Shown here: positions 58,952 to 64,000 of the stretch, one piece after another | How positions within the stretch are numbered: position 1 is the first letter of the stretch | Layout of the letters: every line of letters starts with the position of its first letter | NCBI GenBank assembly: GCA_963664585.2 | Contig: CAXXEO010000015.1 | Span: 6,597-70,596, forward strand | DNA length: 64,000 nucleotides | DNA from: Oscillospiraceae bacterium | Lineage (GTDB): Bacteria > Bacillota > Clostridia > Oscillospirales > Ruminococcaceae | Direction: 5' to 3' | Notes under the pieces: model-generated | Databases searched by the model: none | What the model saw: only the letters and a program-made list of their open reading frames with translations | What the model was told of the DNA's origin: nothing | Translations under genes and position numbers: made by a program

Positions 58952-59683
58952 ATGAACAAAAAGCCTGTGATCATGATCTCTGCAGCCCATGATATCGATC
59001 CGGTGCGTCACTGTGAACAATATGTTCTCAACAAAACATATTCGCTTGCAGTGATTGCAGGTGGCGGCATTCCCGTTTTACCGGTAGACCCAGCATTGGC
59101 AGATGAGTATGTGAAAATAGCCGACGGTCTGGTACTCACCGGTGGATGGCCGATCCACCCGGCAAACATCTCCTCTGGAGCCGTTACCAAAGAGGAGCAA
59201 GCCAAATACATGAAAGAGGTTCGTGACCCCTACGACCTGAAGCTATACTGGGCGTTCAGAGATGCAGGCAAGCCCATCATGGGCATTTGCCGGGGGCATC
59301 AGATGATCAACATAGGACAGGGCGGGGATCTCATTTACGACCTTCCGGGCGTATTCGGCACCGAACATAGAGAGGGCATCTCCCATATGATTAAGACAGA
59401 GCCTGGCTCTATTGTCGCACGACTTTATGGCGAAGAGTTTTTGATCAACAGCCACCACAGCTATTATGTAAACAAGTTAGGTGAAGGCATCAAAATCACT
59501 GCCTGGTCACCAGAGGGTGTTCCCGAGGCGCTCGAGCATGAAACACTTCCTATTTTCGGACTGCAATGGCATCCCGAAAGAATGAGGGGGGAAATGGCAA
59601 ATCCTCCAAAAGGCCCAGATATGACAAAGCTGTTCCAGTATTTTGCCAATCTGTGCTGCCAATCTGAAACTGAAAAAGCGTAA
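58952..59683 (+). CDS. peptidase C26 / class I glutamine amidotransferase-like gamma-glutamyl hydrolase, paralog 1
   Basis: ORF 58901..59683, trimmed to MNKKPVIMISA behind AAAGGAG. Nucleophile elbow GICRGHQ and LQWHPE are intact. Confidence 0.8.
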   Translation: MNKKPVIMISAAHDIDPVRHCEQYVLNKTYSLAVIAGGGIPVLPVDPALADEYVKIADGLVLTGGWPIHPANISSGAVTKEEQAKYMKEVRDPYDLKLYWAFRDAGKPIMGICRGHQMINIGQGGDLIYDLPGVFGTEHREGISHMIKTEPGSIVARLYGEEFLINSHHSYYVNKLGEGIKITAWSPEGVPEALEHETLPIFGLQWHPERMRGEMANPPKGPDMTKLFQYFANLCCQSETEKA

Positions 59684-59694
59684 AGGAGTTGCCG

Positions 59695-60423
59695 ATGATG
59701 AATAAAAAACCTGTCATTGTAGTGACCAGCGAACATGGTTTTTCAGCGGCCAATATGGGTTCTGTTCCCCTTTATATTCTTGACAAAGCCTATTCTCATG
59801 CGATCACCGCCGCTGGTGGTATCCCGATTACGCCTTTGGGTCCCTGTATGGAAGACAGATATTGTGAAATGGCTGATGGCCTTCTCCTCACAGGTGGTTC
59901 AAATATCCATTCGGGGCGCTATAATACTCCGTTCATCGATCAAGATGCATCGTATGGTATCAGCTATCATCGTGACAATATAGAGTTTGACCTCTTCAAA
60001 GCATTTTTTGAAGCCGGAAAACCTATAATGGGAATCTGCCGTGGAAATCAACTGATTAACGTTGCCCTTGGCGGTACACTTGTTCAAGATTTAATGAAGG
60101 TCAAAGGCACCGAGCATTCCGATGGGAGCTCTCAGCAGATCAATGCAGAGCCTGATTCGATCCTTGAAAAGCTTTATGGCAAGGAATTTCAAGCAAATAC
60201 CTTCCATCGCCAGGCAATTGATAAACTGGGTGCGGGTCTCAAAATTACCGCCTATGCGCAAGACGGTATTCCCGAGGCGTTGGAGCATGAAACCAAACCC
60301 GTCTTTTCCGTTCAGTTCAGACCTGAGCTGATGTGCAAAGAGGCCGGGACGAATTTTGATGGGCCGGATATGATCAGCCTTTTTGAGTACTTTGTTAATC
60401 TTTGCCGCGATGAGGCAAAATAA
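59695..60423 (+). CDS. peptidase C26-like protein, paralog 2, with the His of the HPE motif replaced
   Basis: MMNKKPVIVVTS. GICRGNQ is present, but the triad motif reads VQFRPE instead of WHPE. Confidence 0.78.
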   Translation: MMNKKPVIVVTSEHGFSAANMGSVPLYILDKAYSHAITAAGGIPITPLGPCMEDRYCEMADGLLLTGGSNIHSGRYNTPFIDQDASYGISYHRDNIEFDLFKAFFEAGKPIMGICRGNQLINVALGGTLVQDLMKVKGTEHSDGSSQQINAEPDSILEKLYGKEFQANTFHRQAIDKLGAGLKITAYAQDGIPEALEHETKPVFSVQFRPELMCKEAGTNFDGPDMISLFEYFVNLCRDEAK

Positions 60424-60456
60424 AGACACGATCAGAAAACGAAATATTAATAACAT

Positions 60457-60495
60457 AAAACAATCCTCTGCCGTGATGGCAGAGGATTGTTTTTA
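60457..60495 (+). terminator. intrinsic terminator of the second ABC/C26 operon
   Basis: AAAACAATCCTCTGCC-GTGA-GGCAGAGGATTGTTTTT. The F1 terminus starts inside the T-run. Confidence 0.85.
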
Positions 60496-60504
60496 TAGTT
60501 GATT

Positions 60505-61557
60505 GCTACATTGTAAAATGAAATGCGACAGAAAAAAGATAGCCCAAGGCAGCCAAAACGTGTAGAATAGAGTTTGCAACAACAACATTCACACAAGGAG
60601 GCAGCCATGAGCCACCACCATTTTACAACATTCGAACGAGGAAAGATAGAGGAACTCCGTCAAATCGGATATACGACCCGGAAAATCGCATCACGTCTGG
60701 GATGTCACCACAGCAGTATTGCTAGAGAATTGAAACGTTTTTACGGTGCCCGAGCGTATAACGCAGAAGAAGCACAACTGGATTACCAGAAGAAACGGCA
60801 CAACAGCAAACCTCAAGGGAAATGGAACGAGGAGTTGTGCGCAGCTGTGGCAGAAAAGCTGAAAGAGACCTGGTCGCCAGAACAAATATCACATACCGTT
60901 ACTTCAAGCCAACTGAGCTTTAAAACAATATACAACTGGCTTTATGCCGGACGACTGAACGGACTCACCGCAGATGTGCTGCGCCGTAATGGAAAAAAGA
61001 GAAGCTGTAAAAATCTTGCGCATTATGCTCGTGGTACTTCTATCCACAAGAGACCCAAAGAGGTATATACCAGAGAAACATTTGGGCATTGGGAACTTGA
61101 TACGGTGGTTTTCTCTAGGGGTTCCAGCGGTTGCTTGGCCACCTTTGTGGAACGAAAAACAAGGTTCTATACAGCCGTTCCCATTCCTGATCGAACGGCA
61201 GCTTCCATGGAAGCTGCAATCAAGCACCTGCACACTTTATTGCCACAAGGCACATTCAAAACAGCAACAACAGATCGTGGCGGTGAATTTGCCTGTTATG
61301 ATGTAATCCAGAAAGATCTAGGCTTAACTCTTTATTTCGCTGATCCATATTGTCCGCATCAGAGAGGAAGCAATGAGTACGGTAACGGTTTGCTCAGAGA
61401 GTTCTTTCCGAAAGGTACTGTTCTGTCCACTGTTTCTCATCAAAACCTGTCTTCTTCTCTTCTGCTTATAAACAATAGACCCCGAAAATGTCTTAATTGG
61501 AATACACCTTCCCAGCTCTTTCTACTCGAACTGTCGCATTTGGCTTGACAATGTAGC
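60505..61557 (+). mobile_element. IS30-family insertion sequence, copy 3 (1053 bp), intact
   Basis: Same 27-bp inverted repeats. Flanked by TATAGTTGATT and GATTCACTTG (GATT duplicated), inside an orientation-B F1 copy. Confidence 0.92.
60607..61548 (+). CDS. IS30-family transposase (313 aa from ATG behind AAGGAGG)
   Basis: N-terminal HTH (FERGKIEELRQIGYTTRKIASRLGCHHSSIAREL). DDE region WELDTV ... TDRGGEF ... PHQRGSNEYGNGLLREFFPKG. Confidence 0.92.
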   Translation: MSHHHFTTFERGKIEELRQIGYTTRKIASRLGCHHSSIARELKRFYGARAYNAEEAQLDYQKKRHNSKPQGKWNEELCAAVAEKLKETWSPEQISHTVTSSQLSFKTIYNWLYAGRLNGLTADVLRRNGKKRSCKNLAHYARGTSIHKRPKEVYTRETFGHWELDTVVFSRGSSGCLATFVERKTRFYTAVPIPDRTAASMEAAIKHLHTLLPQGTFKTATTDRGGEFACYDVIQKDLGLTLYFADPYCPHQRGSNEYGNGLLREFFPKGTVLSTVSHQNLSSSLLLINNRPRKCLNWNTPSQLFLLELSHLA

Positions 61558-61656
61558 GATTCACTTGAAAACAAGCTTGTATTTTCTTCCCTCGCCTTCG
61601 GCGGGGGAAGAAAATGACGTTTTATATATAGCCAGTTTTTAAGTGAATTGGCTATA
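61558..61656 (-). repeat. F1 repeat copy, orientation B, split by IS copy 3 (other 11 bp at 60494..60504)
   Basis: GATTCACTTGAAAACAAGCTTGTATTTTCTTCCCTCGCCTTCGGCGGGGGAAGAAAATGACG...GAATTGGCTATA. Loop TTC on the top strand. Confidence 0.9.
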
Positions 61657-61674
61657 TGTTCTGAATCAATTATT

Positions 61675-62613
61675 CTATTTTGACTTTTTAGCAACATAAG
61701 AAGTTAACATAGGAACACATATTGCCGTAACCACAACTGCCGCTGCAATTTGTGCCGTAGCCACGGCAACATACGGTTGCATCGTCTTGTCCAGTAAAGC
61801 GACTGCTGCCGGGGTTGCGACTGCATTTCCAGCAGCACTCGAAACTGCGGCGGCCGCATAGCCTGGTCTTCTATTAATCGATTTATCTACTAATATGAGT
61901 GGAATACCCCCTATTGCCATGACTAAAATGCCTAGGAGAACACCACTATAACCGGCTTTCATCACATTTGTAAAGTTTATGCCGGCACCTAAAGCAAATG
62001 CAAAGCAAGGGATCATAATATCAATTCCAGGCTTAAAGAGTATTCTTATATCGTCATCCAGATTTCCTAGAATGATTCCAACTATCAATGGACCTATAGC
62101 GCCCAATAAACTTATGACAGGAATATCAGCCATACCTGATGCTCCTAGCGCGAGCAAAGTTAAAAAAGGACCGTCTTTAATGTTAAGTACGCTTAAGGCG
62201 CCAATATCTATAGGATCACCATACTCCGAAACCAGGGCGGCATATAAACCGCCATTACCGCTTGTCATAGCGCTGACTAGGGCTAGCACAGAAATCCCGA
62301 AAATCCCTTCCATCCCAAATCGTTTAGCAACCAGCAGTGCAAACCCAGCCCCGATTAAAAACTTAGCAATTACTAATACGGCTCCCCTTTTCAATGCTTC
62401 AGGAGCCTCCTTAAATTTTAACTGGCTTCCGACAAACATTAAAAATACGCCTACTAAAGCAGCTGAGCCTTTGCTTGAAAATACTGCTGTTGTAAAGGAT
62501 CCTATTTCAAGAAGTGCAGGGCAAAAGGTATTGAATGCAGCACCTATTAACAAAGGAACAACCATCAATCCCCCAGGTATTTTCTTTACCCGCGATAAAA
62601 TTTTCAAATTCAT
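61675..62613 (-). CDS. kdgT: 2-keto-3-deoxygluconate permease family transporter
   Basis: KKIPGGLMVVPLLIGAAFNTFCP N-terminus. 312 aa, polytopic. Confidence 0.8.
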   Translation of the reverse strand: MNLKILSRVKKIPGGLMVVPLLIGAAFNTFCPALLEIGSFTTAVFSSKGSAALVGVFLMFVGSQLKFKEAPEALKRGAVLVIAKFLIGAGFALLVAKRFGMEGIFGISVLALVSAMTSGNGGLYAALVSEYGDPIDIGALSVLNIKDGPFLTLLALGASGMADIPVISLLGAIGPLIVGIILGNLDDDIRILFKPGIDIMIPCFAFALGAGINFTNVMKAGYSGVLLGILVMAIGGIPLILVDKSINRRPGYAAAAVSSAAGNAVATPAAVALLDKTMQPYVAVATAQIAAAVVVTAICVPMLTSYVAKKSK

Positions 62614-62670
62614 TGTTTCCTTTCTCAGCCCCTTTTTGTTAGTTTATCATCTTTTCGCTCACATTGAAAC

Positions 62671-62776
62671 TATAGTTGATTAACTTGAAAACAAGCTTAT
62701 GATTTCTTCCCCCGCCTTCGGCGGGGGAAGAAAATGGAGTTTTATATATAGCCAGTTTTTAAGTTAATTGGCTATA
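62671..62776 (-). repeat. F1 repeat copy, orientation B, fused to an F2 copy
   Basis: Consensus core with TTC on the top strand. It ends GGCTATA, immediately followed by GTACAATGCAAC. Confidence 0.9.
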
Positions 62777-62878
62777 GTACAATGCAACATCATAAACTTG
62801 TAGTTTTTCGCGCCTTCGGCGGGGGAAACTACAAGAACATTTAACCCATTGCCATAAAAGATTTTGATTTTACAAGCC
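62777..62878 (+). repeat. F2 repeat copy with GC hairpin core, orientation X
   Basis: GTACAATGCAACATCATAAACTTGTAGTTTTTCGCGCCTTCGGCGGGGGAAACTACAAGAACATTTAACCCATTGCCATAAAAGATTTTGATTTTACAAGCC. Confidence 0.85.
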
Positions 62879-63078
62879 ACTAGAATTATGATTGGAGCCA
62901 GATCAAGAAAATCATTTATATCAGGATATCGATACCTATTTTGGACGAGTGAAATCATTTCTCAATATGCTTTGTGTTAGAATTACTAAGCATTTCTATA
63001 AATTTATATCTATACTTTATGGTCGCATGAATAAAAAAACGTTATAATAAAAATAAGAATAAAGAGGAGGTACATAAA

Positions 63079-63690
63079 GTGTCTATTGATGTTTCATTGT
63101 TTTTAGAAAACCTAGAAAAAAAGGGTTTTAAAACAAAGCACGTAAAAACCGCCAAAGATGCATGTAGTTTTCTTCTTTCTGAGATCGGCATCAATTCTTC
63201 AGTCGGAATCGGAGGATCAATGACGATTGAAGAACTTGGCATTGCGGATGCTCTTGCCGAACGGGGTAATCCTGTTTTTTGGCACTGGAAAGTTCCTTCG
63301 GAAAAAGCAAAGGAAACCAGAGAAAAAGCAAATTCATCCGATGTCTATCTCTGTTCCACGAACGCAGTTTCCATGGGCGGAACCTTTTACAATATTGACG
63401 GAACCGGAAACCGAGTTGCAGCCATTTCTTATGGAGGACAGCCTCTTTTTATCGTGATGAGCACAAGCAAAATTGCCCAAACGGAAAATGATGCAATGAA
63501 AAGGGTGAAGGATATAGCCTGTACACTCAATGCAAGGCGACTAAAACTCAATACACCCTGTGCAATAACAGGAAAATGTATTGATTGCTCTTCACCACAG
63601 CGTTTTTGCAATGTTACCTGCATTCTTGAAAGGCCAACTGGGAACCGAGAAGTACATATTGTGGTTGTAGATGAGAAACTTGGGTATTAG
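63079..63690 (+). CDS. LUD-domain (lactate utilisation protein-like, DUF162) protein
   Basis: GTG start behind AAAGAGGAGG. 203 aa. VGIGGSMTIEELGI and a C-terminal Cys cluster CAITGKCIDCSSPQRFC. Confidence 0.65.
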   Translation: MSIDVSLFLENLEKKGFKTKHVKTAKDACSFLLSEIGINSSVGIGGSMTIEELGIADALAERGNPVFWHWKVPSEKAKETREKANSSDVYLCSTNAVSMGGTFYNIDGTGNRVAAISYGGQPLFIVMSTSKIAQTENDAMKRVKDIACTLNARRLKLNTPCAITGKCIDCSSPQRFCNVTCILERPTGNREVHIVVVDEKLGY

Positions 63691-63711
63691 CCCGCATAAC
63701 ACGTATTCTTT

Positions 63712-63743
63712 AAAAACCCGTCATCAAGTATGGCGGGTTTTTT
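63712..63743 (+). terminator. intrinsic terminator of the LUD-domain gene
   Basis: AAAAACCCGTCA-N7-TGGCGGGTTTTTT. Confidence 0.75.
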
Positions 63744-63774
63744 GTATCCTGCCATCCGACTTTCATTGCATATA

Positions 63775-63880
63775 TATAGCCAATTAACTTAAAAACTGGC
63801 TATATATAAAACGTCATTTTCTTCCCCCGCCTTCGGCGGGGGAAGAAATCACAAGCTTGTTTTCAAGTTAATCAACTATA
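63775..63880 (+). repeat. F1 repeat copy, orientation A (consensus-like, 106 bp)
   Basis: The full consensus can be read directly here. Confidence 0.92.
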
Positions 63881-63925
63881 CTCTGCGCCCTGCTCTCACT
63901 ATTCTAGAATCTCCTCACTATAGTG

Positions 63926-63982
63926 CTAGTACAATGTAACATCTTTAACCCATTGCCATAAAAGATTTGGATTTTACATGGC
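63926..63982 (+). repeat. F2 repeat copy without the GC hairpin, orientation X
   Basis: CTAGTACAATGTAACATCTTTAACCCATTGCCATAAAAGATTTGGATTTTACATGGC. Confidence 0.8.
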
Positions 63983-64000
63983 GCAAAAAAAAGCAGAGAC

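Noticed and set aside
62725-62750. A mini-ORF inside orientation-B F1 copies, with GGGGGAAG acting as a Shine-Dalgarno sequence, then ATG ACG TTT TAT ATA TAG.
   Set aside because: Length and sequence are not conserved between copies (MTF*, MTFYL*, MTLYI*, MEFYI*, and a 10-codon variant at 36312). This argues against selection on a peptide.
2448-63880. Could the recurring hairpin-containing repeats be a CRISPR array?
   Set aside because: The repeats are about 106 bp, occur in both orientations, and are separated by 0.1 to 14 kb of ordinary genes rather than by regular 30-40-bp spacers. No cas genes are present.
1-64000. tRNA, rRNA or other structured RNA genes.
   Set aside because: No cloverleaf-like or rRNA-like stretches were noticed by eye in the intergenic regions. 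This is a weak negative, and tRNAscan-SE or Infernal should be run.

Overview
This 64-kb window looks like a Firmicutes/Clostridia-type chromosome segment, judged from GGAGG-type ribosome-binding sites and gene content; the organism is not identified. About 55 coding genes can be supported.

Genes, in window order:
- A two-component system, truncated at the left edge.
- MarR-GNAT, GNAT and AraC regulators.
- A small three-gene module of unknown function.
- A sugar-acid-type cluster: FGGY kinase, LarA-like protein, 6-phosphogluconate dehydrogenase and an IMPDH-like protein.
- An ABC-2 exporter.
- A standalone AICAR transformylase.
- A flavin reductase-like gene next to an FrhB-like Fe-S protein.
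- A class II aldolase.
- A surface protein interrupted by an in-frame TAG.
- An operon of split AtuA-like genes, a CoA-transferase and a thiolase, with a divergent LacI regulator.
- An overlapping MYG1 / DEAD-box helicase pair.
- A MATE pump and a LysR regulator.
- Two paralogous five-gene peptide-type ABC importer operons. Each ends in a tandem pair of hydrolase paralogs, and a UPF0597 cysteine-desulfidase-like gene lies between the operons.
- KdgT and a LUD-domain protein.

No rRNA, tRNA or CRISPR array was seen by eye.

The most unusual content is non-coding:
- F1 is a ~106-bp repeat with terminal inverted repeats (TIRs) and a GC-palindrome core. It occurs 15 times.
- An IS30-family element is present in 3 copies. 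All three sit at the identical 4-bp position inside an F1 terminal palindrome. Only one copy has an intact transposase.
- F2 is a second ~105-bp repeat family with 8 copies. Its termini resemble the IS inverted repeats. It occurs both with and without the same CCCCCGCC-TTC-GGCGGGGG hairpin.
- The 3-nt hairpin loop reads TTC on the top strand in 16 of 19 cores, independent of the orientation of the surrounding element.

All repeat coordinates were read by eye and are good to a few bases.
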